The notes beneath the pieces are model-generated. The model was not told where the DNA came from. It saw only the letters and a list, made by a program, of their open reading frames with translations, and did no database searches. From Bispira polyomma (Eukaryota): a stretch of 64,000 nucleotides of DNA. Below, piece after piece: positions 24,601 to 37,000 of this stretch. A program made the position numbers and the translations under genes. The DNA is taken from contig OZ287754.1 of NCBI GenBank assembly GCA_965649765.1, positions 37,448,001 through 37,512,000 on the forward strand, written 5' to 3'. The stretch's first letter is position 1. Every line of letters starts with the position of its first letter.

Positions 24601-27600
24601 CTTACTCTTTGGGGTTTGGCTGTTCATAGTAATTTCATAGGCTACATGTATGTGTTTCTAAAAACTTTCACTTTTCTATCTATTTAACTTAACTTCTTCA
24701 GCGGTCATGCACCGTAATACAAGTAATTAAATTGTCAGTAGCAAGTAACCACTACTGTGAAATATCAGTTGTAACCATTGTAATACTTGTAATGATAATT
24801 TTCCATTACCTTAATCCAGCGATTACTGAACTGTAATATTAGTAATTTAATTCTCAACTGTAATTGAAGTAATTAAATTCTCAGTCTCAAGTAACTATTA
24901 CATAAGTAAGCTATTTCTGTAACTGTTAACTATTACTGTAAATTTCGTATTTTGTGTTAACAGATTATATTATAATGCTAACGTGTAATTAACTTAACTC
25001 CACTTTTGGATTGTTAGGTCACCTGCGTAAGGGCCTAAGGGCCTCCCCAAGTAACAAAGACAATAAACTTTCGTGCTGTGACCTTACTCTAAATTTCTTA
25101 TCAAGGCTAAGACATTTATTTAAGGTGACCTTAAGTCACTTTAAGTTTGTGTCAAAAATTTAGTTTTCACTTTCTGTTGACCTTAGTCGCCCAATACATA
25201 AGTAGCGTAACATGTAGTCTAACAATAAATGTTTTACCCGCATTCTGTGTATACCTATCTGTCTTCTTGATCTTGACCTCTGACCTGTTGCCTGGGAAAT
25301 GTGCTGGCATCAAGAATATGCCTGAAATATTTCTAATATAAAAAATATGTCCTGTTGTCCAACTTGCAGCTGACCAACCTAAAATTTCCATAATTTGTGA
25401 GATCTTGCCCACAATAGCAGACAGTCCCTTGCGAGACTGTATCATAAACATTGTTAAGTATATGATTCATTGATAGAATCTTACCAGCCTTGTTGAGAAA
25501 TATGACTGGCGTCTTTGTAAATACCACGACTAGTTATTAAGTGCCATTATTTTTATTATGCGTTTATTTGTTTAGTTTATTCAAATGTGTTAACCATCTA
25601 CATACATTTGATGCAATGATATCATATGTGTGCCATGAAATACATCTTTAAATGTACTCTTTGAATAGCAATATGAGGTGTAAGACACCATGAACACATG
25701 TTTCAACTGACATTTCATGCAAAATGTCCTTTATATCATTTTATGCATATAATAGTATGGAACTGTAATTATTACTTGAAGGATTTTAGCTTTACTATGT
25801 GCCATGGTCCATTTCTAAATAAAGAAAAAGAAAACATAGTTTATTTTGAGAGGTACAGAATAAGCAGTATATATAGATAGATATTCCAGTTAGAGAGGAA
25901 AATGAACTGTCCTTGTCTGATGAACTAACTCTTTGATTGGTTGCTCACTGCCAAAATGTACTTACACATAGAGGTGACATCTTCACATCCACTTTACCTA
26001 GAAGAAGGTCTGCTTGTTTGATACTTTAGAAGTACCAACACAGCCCTAAACTTAGACTTGACATCAGCTGAGGGTATTTGTGTTAGAAACGTGACTTCAG
26101 TAAGATGTTTTAATTAAAGTATATAGTCCAAGAAGTGTCCCAGGTTGTGATTTGGTTTGCCACCCACTAGGATAACCCCAACTACACAGCTCTTGTATGA
26201 ATGAGGGCTAAGTGAAAGCCATAAAAATCCCCTCTATAGTTCATGGAGAAGTTAGATTACTAGCTAATGCTATGGCGACCCCATAGGGAGAGGAAGTAAT
26301 GTGATAAATGAAACAAGATATAAGGAGTTTAAAAAGCTATTACTTGTAATGACATTTTCTATTCAATTTAAAGGCCTGGAGGTTGGGTCTTGTGAAAAAG
26401 GGCACAAAAAAAAAATTAAATTAAGGACAGAATTTAAGATATTCTAAATATTTGTACTTGGTAGCCTGGGTTTTTTCTTCGCCTTGGAAATTTTTCTCGC
26501 TTCACTTGAAAAGAGACAAACTCTACTTAATGCAATAAAAGGCCTTCTCTCATGTGGGGAATACAATTAAAATCAGGTTACCCCCACTATCTGGGCCTGT
26601 GATTTAATTCCATACTAATGTAATCTCTCTATGGGACTCGGGGGCAAATCCTCCTCATGTCGTCAGTTCAAATAGCTGGCTTGTGCTTGTCAAAAGATTC
26701 AATAGAACCCCCTTTTGCCTTTTGATTGAGAATTCTCTTTTATATAAAGAAGCTTTCCACTGGCTTAACACACGCCTCTATCCACGTCTTAAGACCAACC
26801 CACAAGATGGTACAGATACAGATTCCAGAGTTGAACACCCTTTAGACCTCCTCAGAGAAATCCATGAAACTTACAGCCTAATCAGATCTTTTCAAACTCA
26901 GGCTGGTTTTCATCACAGAACCCACGCCTCCCCGTCCCTCCCCAAAAAGGAAGCAATCAATTACTGCTATAGTTATAGCAGACAAGGTTACATATTGGGT
27001 TTGTGCTAGTGTTGTGCCCTCCTCACCCTAAAATCTCCTCACCCTCCTTCCTGTGTTGACTTCAAAGTGGTTGACTTGAAAGAACTTTGAATTCTGAACA
27101 AATAATTTAACTCCAGCTTAAACTAAAGACCAAACTTTCTATGTAAGTCATATAGATCCACCCTAAGTATTTACATTAGTACTGAAATTCCAAATTAACG
27201 ATAAAATTGATAGTGATTCTGCCAAAAGTATCAATAGCAAAATACAAGTGTAGGCAGACTTAAGACAAAGCTTTTAAAAAGAGATTTTGTGATAAAAGAG
27301 AAAAAGACAGGGCTATGAATGCCATCTTTGGCAGCTAAATGGGGGATTCTCTGGCTTGGTCTTTTAATGATTACTTCACGCTGATATGTCGCAACCATTG
27401 GAATTTTAGCCTCTGTTTTGCCTTTCGTTTCTGCTAATCACCAACAGTGGATTAGGGGTTCATATCCTGGCGAATATCTCATCATTTTGTTGAGTGTGAC
27501 ATTCAACTTAAAGCCCAGTCATTTGTATTGCTCAGACTATGCTATCAACGCTATAGCAAGGAACTATTATGTAGCTGTATATAGGTGGTATTATTTATTA

Positions 27601-28796
27601 AAATTAGTCAATGTTTTCGCATTATGTTGTCAAATTCAACTGTCACATAACTGAGAGACAGAATATGTACCTTAAAAATTGACTTCCTTACAGCATTATA
27701 CATAGGTTACACAATTTATTTCATTGTTCTTTTGTGATTTTTCATAACAAATATGGCCAGATCTGATGATGCAGAACTACTCCATAACAGCCATAATATA
27801 AAATACATCTAACAAAAATCAAAGTCACTCAGAATAAACCATCATAAGCCAGCAAACATCAATCTGAACCTATTCACAGGAGATTGACTACTTTGGTTTC
27901 TGCTGCTTGTTTGCTGGAGTTATTTTTGCATCTTCAAGAGATAAATTTGGCTACGTGGGGCGTAGCTAATCTGCTTTGAATGTCGGGTGCCATCTTTTTC
28001 TCGGCGTCTTTAATGCATCATTATAGGCAATTTAGTGCAAATTCTGGCTTTTTCTACGAGCTAATATTTCTGTTCATCAAAATGAGTAGGCACAGTTCAA
28101 TAAAATAAAGTTAGACTCGAAAGTGGATAGAATAAAAAAAAACCCTCATATACATTTGATATTTTATACTCTCATTTATTGGTCTGTGGGAATTTCCATG
28201 AAGCATTATAAACTGGCAGGAGAACCTGAGATAAATGTACTAACTGGCAGACATTCGTATTAAATTTGTGCATATGTTAAGCAATAATTACGATGAAGTA
28301 CATTTTCACATGTTTATGTGATGTGTTGGTAAGAACAATTTACACAAAGCCACATTAAATACCTTTTGAATGGAATAGCCTGTCTGCTGATATCTTCACC
28401 GAAACAAATAATACAGGCTCTTGCAAAACATTCAAACATATCTATATCAACTGGCATTTATGTTATAACATCTAAATGCATCATTCGGTTGCCACTAGAC
28501 TATCTGATGGCTAACCCTTTTCCTTTTAATGGACTACTCTTGTGTGGATGTTTTTTGGAATGTGCTCACACCACATCTATTGTGGTGTTATCGAAGTTTA
28601 ATATTAACATTGAAATTGGCTGCAAATATCCTTGGTAAAGTGAGAACAGGAGAAATGTCTACAAATTCAAACTAATTATTTCATTTACTGCTAAGTATAC
28701 AGCACGAAATCTCTGATATTTTTTGCAATGCCACCAACATACTGGCTGTAGCTAGTTTAAACTAGTTTAAACTAAATAGAACCAGACAGGACTCAC

Positions 28797-28912
28797 CTGC
28801 ACCCCACTCATGAGAATCTCCTGTGGGACTTCTGAAGTGTCAATCATTTCCTGACCACAGTAGATACACCTAGACTTGATGCTGTGCAGGAGGTAGCCAT
28901 TTGTGGCTGCAG
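28797..28912 (-). CDS. TMEM268-like exon (AAATNGYLLHSIKSRCIYCGQEMIDTSEVPQEILMSGVQ)
   Basis: Acceptor ttttcttccAG, donor CAG|GTGAGT; phase 1 start matches the GC donor of the TIR exon. Confidence 0.88.
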
Positions 28913-29699
28913 CTGGAAGAAAATTTTTTTTGAGATTTGTGCCACAGAGAATATCTATATAATGTCTTTGGGAATGTATCACGAAAGACATCACATATGG
29001 AGGAAATCAATATTATGTAAATATCTGTATTTGTACTGTGCCTACTGCTTTACTCCCCATTATATAAGAAAGGCTATTGAGGGAAATATAACTGGTCCAG
29101 TGGTTAGGGTGTTGGTCTGATGATCAGAAGGTCTCTGGTTCTATTCCTGGTACCGGTCGCTATATTCATTTAGTGGAATAACATCCTTAGCCAATATGTG
29201 AACACAAGTTTGCCTAGTTGCTCGGATGACCACTTCAGATGGGGGTCTTCTGTCACTGAGTAATATCTTCAGTGGAAGAAGAAAAGGTTGTGCTTTACTA
29301 TGTATTTCTTATTTCATTTCCAGGGTACATGATAGCCATTTTACCTATGTATGTGGTATACTTTTGGTGATATTAAAACTAAGCTGTTATTGGCTTATTT
29401 TTAGAACATTTTGAGACTAATTGGTTCTATTCTAGAAATGCTGTTGCAGAAATGATTCACCCTCAGCATCATGAGGGTTTAAGAACTGTTCAATTTTGCG
29501 GCTAATTATAATACACTGTGCTAAATTGTGGTTTACTTTGTAGATCTAGGATATCAACTCACTGGAAGGCAAGTTCTGGAGGGAAGCAGAAACTGAGAGT
29601 TGACATTCGTCTGTTAGAGCTGAGATCTGATCATCTAAAAGTAAACACGCAAATTTATATATTCTAAAATGTCTATTGTTTATAAGTTTTACAAGAAAT

Positions 29700-30553
29700 G
29701 TAATGTACTGCTCTCTCACTCTCAAAAATTGTTCTCAGACCCTTGAACAGCTTTCTAGCTGCCTGTCTTCGATTGAATCTTGGATGAGTAATTCAAAATT
29801 GAAACTCAACCCCGACAAAACAGAATTCCTACTTATTGGCTCCAAACATCAGAGGGAAAAGGTTCTTGACTTCGTCCCTGCTAGTCTCCTTGGTAACAGC
29901 ACTGTTCCATCTGACAGTGCGAAGAACCTAGGAGTTACTTTTGACTCTGACTTCTCCTTCAAAAACATGTCTCGAATATTTGTCGTTCCTGCTACGGCAA
30001 CATCCGTGACTTTCGCAGGATTCAACGACATTTAACCCAAGAAAATGCCATTGCAGTGGCAAATGCCCTGGTGTCAAGTCGACTAGATTATTGTAACTCA
30101 CTACTATATGGAATTGGAAAGGGCCAAATAAACAATTACATTTTTTACCTATTGAGTTTTGTATCAAATTTAAGGTAATTGTCCTCATTTTTAGGACAGT
30201 TCATGTACATCAACCTGCCTATTTATCATCTATGCTGTCTTTCAGCAATCTCACCAGAGGCAATCATCTCTTCACCTCTGGTTTTCTACCAAAAAAACAA
30301 GCTGGTACAAAATCATTCTTAGTTGCAGCACCTGCTGAGTGGAATAGCCTCCCTACCAGTCTTCGGACTGAAACAAGCATCATAGGCTTCAGAAAAAGAC
30401 TCAAAACACATCTGTATCAGCTCGCTTTCCCACCCTAGCATGCATCTGTCTACCGGACTATACTCTTGCACACTTACTAGGATATGCGCCACAGAGGATG
30501 CCTGGTCATCGATTGTGGCGCTATAGAAGTTAAAACATTAACATAACATATAA
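29700..30553 (+). mobile_element. 3' fragment of a second L2/CR1-group LINE
   Basis: WMSNSKLKLNPDKTEFLLIG, KNLGVTFD, AP.EWNSLP, FRKRLKTHLY; 3' stem-loop GCGCCACA (30486-30493) / TGTGGCGC (30514-30521) and (TAACA)n-like tail. Confidence 0.9.
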
Positions 30554-31185
30554 TGGATAAGCCAACCATTTTTGAAACTCGGTATCATTTTTTTTTCTCT
30601 TTGTTTCTAGGATTACAGAACTGATGTATATGCAATTTGGTGGTAAAAGAACCATAAGACAAGAAAGGAGTCATCACATTTTTAATCTGGGTAGAATGTT
30701 GGATACCAAAATTTGTTTCACATTTTGTCACTAGGGTGCCTTGGTGGAGTTTAGGTGCTCTTCTAGTTCAGACAAATGACCTTGTTGGTAAAAATTATAA
30801 TGACAAATATTGAATAATAAATAAGTTCCAGATCATTCTATTAGAAACTGTAAATTATTTACACTTTATTCTAACAAAATTGTTGTTCTAATACTTTATT
30901 GCATTCTTTGGTTGGGATTTAAAAAGATGCCTTTGCTTGAGTTAGTGTATATTCATTTGAAGATTTGAATGCATATGCCTTTTATAAAACAAGAGTTGTC
31001 TTTTAAAAAGACACAGGTGCAATAAATATTGATCTGGCATCCCTCAGTTTGGCCAGGCCGATTGCTTCAAACTAATCTATGAAGACCTTACATATTATGT
31101 GCAACATGGCCGCCATTTTCAGAGTGAAAACAAGATCAGGCGGTGCCTGATAAAAATGGGATGATATAACCAGAAGAAGACTTGC

Positions 31186-31612
31186 CATAAATACATAGTT
31201 GGCCTATGAGTTTGGTCCACCAGCTCGGGTGGTTTACATCGATGCAGACCACCTCCTCGAGTGGTTGAGGGATATCACAGTTGGGATCCAGACGCATCAC
31301 AATCAGTTCCTTCTGGAGCGTTAACACATCTTCGCTACTAAGCTGCTGCGCGGTGGGACTGTTCCACACATCATTAAGGAAATCCATAGAAATCACGATA
31401 ACTGTCTTTAAAGGGTTCTTGATTCCATTAGCTGGGGCCCTTAAGGCAGTGGTAGTAGAAGCAGAAGAACTCCTGTCTTGGTACCAACACTTGAAGCCTA
31501 ATACTGGCATCTCTAATCGATGGATTAGATCTGTTACCCAGCTCTGGTCACTAGGATGTGCCACAAATACCACGTGATGAGAGAAGGACTCTGCCAGAGG
31601 GGGAGCAATGGT
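31186..31612 (-). CDS. TIR-like domain exon (TIAPPLAESFSHHVVFVAHPSDQSWV...WWTKLIGQLCIY)
   Basis: Acceptor ttctttgttctgcAG; box-1-like HVVFV..D..WV..L..RLE...GFKC, KTVIVIS.DFL...W, terminal WW.KL; ends at non-canonical donor TATG|GCAAGT. Confidence 0.85.
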
Positions 31613-31708
31613 CTGCAGAACAAAGAATAGTATACTAACAGTAAAATCAGTTGGTAGGTAATGCAGTCTATTAGATCTAAAGGGAATCTTAGGCAAATTT
31701 GCAGACAC

Positions 31709-31744
31709 CTGGGATGTTCTTGCTTTTCTGGTATCATGTATCAT
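31709..31744 (-). CDS. Possible first coding exon (MIHDTRKARTSQ)
   Basis: In-frame ATG and CAG|GTGTCT donor giving a 96-nt phase-0 intron. Weak donor; the real start exon may lie further upstream. Confidence 0.35.
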
Positions 31745-33939
31745 ACATGAAGGAGGGGGGGGGGGTATGAGGGAGCAGTGGGGGAGGGGCACTGGGGATA
31801 ATAATAGAGAGGAAGTTGATTATGTGTGATAAGCCAACCGGTTTGAGATTTACCAGACACACAGACTGACTGATTGGATTGGATTTTTTCAATGGCTGTT
31901 TATTTTGTGGTGAAAAATGAGGTTACGATATTTGTGAATGGTGCTATTATTATCAAGGGTTTAATATCCCCATTTGTTTTTTGGTGGTAAGACTCAATAT
32001 GCTTTTGCTAATGATTACATGTGTAAGGTTACATATACAAGTTTCACAATTGACCCTTTTGACCCCAAGAGAACTGAAGGAGGTGATAGGTTACAGATGC
32101 TGGAGTTACTAAAATACACACCACAGGCAACTTTCGGCATTAAATAATGGCTTAATATTTTTTACAGGGGATTTGGTTATACTTTCAATTGCTTACTGTG
32201 AGAAACCAAAGAAAATAATATCATATTTTTGAGGTGACGACTGCATGTCGACAACCCAAGGGTCGAAATGGTTGAATTGTTCCATGTCTTTAGCTACATA
32301 CACATCTTCTTAGTAAACTCCTAGAGAGAGATTTTATTAAAGTGCACCTGCATTCCAGGTATATGTCCATACAGTTTAAATATAAAACATATATGTTTGC
32401 ATATGTAACTTTCACGCAGTTGCAAATGAACCGCATTAACTAATAACTGAATATCTAATGTAATAATTGTTCAGGTATGATTAACAAAATATGATGTGAA
32501 ATGATATATATTTCAAGGACCTCAGTTCCATTTTTTACAAATATACAAAATTAACTGATTTAAATATGTGAAACTAACCACACATACATTTGTATCAGTA
32601 TCATATATGAGTATGTTTCTAACATTATATGCCATGTGCAAATCTTTTTAAAATAAACCGACATCATAAATACACAGTTTTTTGATTCTTATTCAGTTAT
32701 TCTTTTTTGTACCCTTTCATCCGACAGAAAGTAATGGGGCTAGATTTATCAAAATCTAAAATTAGCTGTACAAGGAGATATGAGTTTAATCTAGTCTGGA
32801 TTCATCTACCTTGTCTTGATGAGATGCTTGAAGTACATATTGTCATGCAACATGGTGTGTTGTGAGAACAGAAAACAGTTATAACTAAAAACCTTACATC
32901 TAATAAAAGCCTACATTCTATTTTCTATCACGAAGGATTAGTACATTTTTAAATTCTTTTTATATGTCATTGCAATAATTAAATGTTGAGATGTCATCTT
33001 TATCATTGAAGCTGTATTCTTCTCTAGTGTTCTCTTCAATAAAAAATAGGAAATTTGAATCTGCCATTTTCGACGAGCTATTAGCTGAGTTGTGAAATTC
33101 TTGACTTACATAAGACCCTGAATGTAGTGGTATTGTGTCATTTTTTATACACTTTATTGAAGCAATGCATATTCTGAAGCAGGACGACAGAATAAAATAA
33201 CCAATCATGGAGAAGTTAAAAAAGGTTTCTTTGGAAAATATTGACCCCGGATATTCCTATCCCTTGTCACCTGTTGCTCATGACTCTAAGATTTGCAGGT
33301 TATTTTCCACAACTTCATCCTCTATTGTTTATTTTTTTTTTGTTATTATGGAAACAGGTGGTAGAAGAAACCCATTTGATGTATCATAAGATGATATGGT
33401 GTTTTAACTGTTTATGACATCGCGATGGCTCATTCGCCAATCTTTGCTTTTTTGTTGTCTAACTGCTGAAGTAAATCTTCATTGCAAACTGGAAGTGATA
33501 ACTCACAAAGCATTGACTTATTCATAGATATGTATTCTACATTATTATTAAGGTAAAAGTTTTTAGATACACCGTTAACTACATTATGAGGATATGTAAC
33601 AAATTAAACCACACCCCATTGATATCTCATTAAATTTGACAATGTCACCGTTATAGTCTTATTTATACCAGCCAAGACCTAAACCTTTATTGTGATTCAT
33701 TCCAACCCGCACGTTACTTGGTTGAAATTAAAAAACTCCCTAAGGCAATTCTACTTAGTAAAACTAGGGTATGTGTTACAATGATCAAGAAATGTTTTAC
33801 GTCATTAACATGAATTAATCAACTCAGTTAAATACCATAGGGACCAACCTTATGGTGCATAAATGTCTTATCACTTATTAAAGGAATTCTCACACGGTAC
33901 CAACAACTTTTTACCAACAACCCACTGAAATTCGTTATC

Positions 33940-34010
33940 CTAGACTATAAAAAGTGGCTTCAATTAAAACGCTTTCTCGGGATTACTGAGTCAGACGTCA
34001 TTTCCTGTTG
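33940..34010. promoter_or_regulatory. Candidate promoter/enhancer motif cluster: TATA-like, STAT-like, AP-1, CRE, ETS
   Basis: TATAAAAAG near 33946, TTCTCGGGA near 33974, TGAGTCA 33987-33993, GACGTCA 33994-34000 and TTTCCTG 34001-34007 abut each other about 2.2 kb upstream of the TIR exon. Confidence 0.4.
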
Positions 34011-37000
34011 TTTATGCCATGAAATACACCTGCGAGTTGTAAACTTTTGGAACGTAGGTCTAAAAATAACTTACAATTGAGAAAAATGAGGGTTTCCCTT
34101 TTTAAAGTAAGCACATGTGGTACTGTCCTTTCGAGTGTGGCACAATGTCTTAACCATAGCTGTGTGCTACTAACTCAACATCATCTGTGCTTTAGCTACA
34201 GACAGATAGTAGGTAACACAATATATCATCAAAAATATCTCTCAAAGTCGGATAATATATAAAGATGACTGACTTATTTGACTAACACATCCATTTCCCA
34301 GTAGTGTTTTGAAATATCAGATCAAAAAATCATTTATTAAGATCTACGCAATATTTATTGGGTTTTTTTCTTCGTTGAATTTTTAGATTCCAGACTGTTG
34401 ATAAGTGCTCCTAACCGCAGTGTGACTAGAGCTTAAAAGTATAAGGTTATTTCGTTTTGTGAAACTACCTGAAAAAGAGATCAGAAAAAATTGCCTCCGA
34501 CCACAAACCAAATGCTTATGGTTTATTAAAACACAAAAACAAAAATGGAGCTTTTGCGCAGTCGTTCCCCATCTTTCCAAATGTTGCTGCTGAGCTGCCT
34601 GATTATATGTTGCATTGATCAAGAAATGCTTAATGTAATTTACATTACTTAATCGCCAAGTTTTTTTGTATTCTTACTCACAAACAAACTAATAGACAAG
34701 GGGCAAAAACATAATGTCCCTGGGTGAGATAACCAATATATAATATATTGTAGCACTGTTGTATACATACACAGTATATTCCACGTTTGGTGTTAAATCG
34801 GAGCTTTTACTATACAAAGATAACCTATATGGGTACAGGTGTGATTTAGGGGGGATAGATTAATGGAGTACAGAGAGGGAGAGCCTGGAATATCAGTGAT
34901 GGTAACTTACTCCTCAACCTCCCCATGACTCAGCCCTCACTCAAGTCTGTCCAGTAAATTACACTGCTATAAGGAGAAGTTATAGGGTTGAATTGGACCA
35001 TAAAACAAGATGTGTGCTGTACTCTCTTACTGAGACTAAGGAGAGCAAGAGCAGCAGGAGTGGTAATGAAAATAAGCTAACCCCACTATGTATTGGCTAA
35101 ATGAGGTAAGGGGCCGGTGATAGTCCCAATGAGAGAAAGCCAATGATAGTCCCAAGGAGACGTTACTTTACCCAGCAAGTGACACTCCAGCTGATGCTGC
35201 TGTTTTTATCAAAATTTCTTATTAAAGATGTAAACAAGTTGGAGCGGTCATTGACAGATGTACACAATTGCTAAGAATGGTATGTATACCATGTATATTA
35301 TTTAATTTTGACTTGATGTTAAAACAACTCAACACATTTTAGCAACCTTAAAGCGATGTTCTTTAATCAAGATATTACAACCTTGAAATGTAATTCAACT
35401 GGAATAAGCCTTACAGGAAGGATAAATTACAGAACCTTACACACCCTTTTTTAAAGCCTTTAATGTACAGCCAAGAGTCCTCGGCATAATATCATGTTGA
35501 ATGTAAGTTATATATGTGTGTAATTGCAGTAAAACTATTATTATTTCTGAAAGCTATAGATACATCTCATTTATTTAAAACAGTAATTGTATTCACAGAA
35601 TATAGTTATTACAGAGTTTTAAATGGATAGTGTGGTTCATAGCCCAGTTTCAACTGGGGCACCCTCTCAAATAGACAACATTAATAAACATTTCACTTAC
35701 AATTGAAACATCTTTCATAATTCTTGCTGCTTAAAGTATACTAAATATACATATATAATTACATACTATCTGCTGAAATTGAGATGTATTTCAGGAAAAA
35801 TGTAACAACTTAAACCGGATATTAATCGGTCATGTGATGACATTGACATTTATTTAGTTTCATGGCAACTTTGATAGATGTGATGCAGCAGCAATTTCTT
35901 AACATGTCTGGCTAGTTTTCTTTTTATAGTATATGAGGTTTGATGGAGTTCACATCCAATTGGTAATTAAACCTGTATACATTTACACAGGTGTATCAGG
36001 TTTACAAGAGTAGCTTTACCCAGTCAGACGTCATGCAATTTAGCTCAACAACAGGGTTTTTTGTTTTCGTCTTGTCTATGTTATATTAAAAAACACCAAT
36101 ACTATACTAAAAATACATCACCAATACTAAATGCTTTGTAGACATTCTTAGTCATATTCAAACTTATACTATGTATCCACTAGGTGCATTTATAATAATA
36201 CTTAATTATCATTCGATATAGCACAGATATGAACATCACAGTTATCTGATGCGCTTTGACATTATTACCCTAGCCTGGTTTCTTTCACTTGTCAACCAAT
36301 TGTTCAGACTTAGCTTCCTCTGAAGGCCTACTAGCCATGCTGGCACATACAGCGCACAAAGATTAATACTTATTAGCGACCAGGTACCCATTTGTACACC
36401 TGGGTTTATCTGACATACAAAATGGTAATGCACTTTTTTTGATTGTACATGTGCAACCAACCATCATCAGTAGAGTGCTTTAGGATGACCATTTGTCAAT
36501 ATCCAGGTTCTTTAGTCTGCCACTGGAGAAGGACCTAATGTTAAATTACTGCCATTTTAAGTGGAATTCTGAGTCACTATGTATATGCTCGTATCTGAGT
36601 GTGCCCAAGTATGGGATCGACGCCAGGTTATATGCATATTCCTAAGCAAGTGTGTTTCCCACTAGGCCACAGTTGTAATTTTCATAGTGTGACTTAGATT
36701 TTAAACCCTATATCAAAGCTATATCCAAGCATCAAAGCTTAGGATAGTCGTTGTGTGTAATTTAAAGTAATGCCTAATACAGTCTATTACATTTGTACTA
36801 CTACTATAAATTCACAGGAACTGCTTTCATCAAGAGCCACAGATTAAATCTTTAATTTCCTGGTATTATTTAAGCCATGCCATCACTTATATGTGCACAC
36901 CTAAAGAATCTGTGATTGTTTGTCAGTAAATTGAATGTCAGTGTCTTCAAAGTGGCATAGTATTAGTATTTATTGGACTTTAGATTTCTCCAACTGGAAT

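Larger units (their letters stand above)
20040..25080 (+). mobile_element. Tyrosine-recombinase retrotransposon (DIRS order, Ngaro/PAT-like), near full length but pseudogenised
   Basis: Order gag - RT/RNaseH - YR with no methyltransferase domain; multiple stops and frameshifts; ends approximate. Confidence 0.88.
11968..31744 (-). other. TIR-domain + TMEM268-like transmembrane protein gene, about 430 aa, join(31709..31744?,31186..31612,28797..28912,16149..16303,15173..15281,14045..14155,13736..13771,13356..13508,11968..12123)
   Basis: All junctions are phase-consistent (0,1,0,2,0,0,0,0). N-terminal TIR-like fold. Remainder follows TMEM268 motifs recalled from memory: NG.LL, GVQI..EEY, two TM helices, RL..VNA.L.KH.LL.GV, F.YFD...C, A..LI....G.YI..L, RH....CLCQ.VE. 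Confidence 0.85.

Noticed and set aside
32960-33208. ORF containing KMADS as a candidate first exon of the TIR gene
   Set aside because: Hits a stop without a usable phase-0 donor; could not be joined.
34911-34967. Apparent minus-strand mini-exon reading VIYWTDLSEG (YWTD/LDLR-like), also at about 53513-53569
   Set aside because: Stop codon in copy A, no other propeller exons found, and the apparent donor and acceptor are the two arms of a plus-strand stem; probably coincidental.
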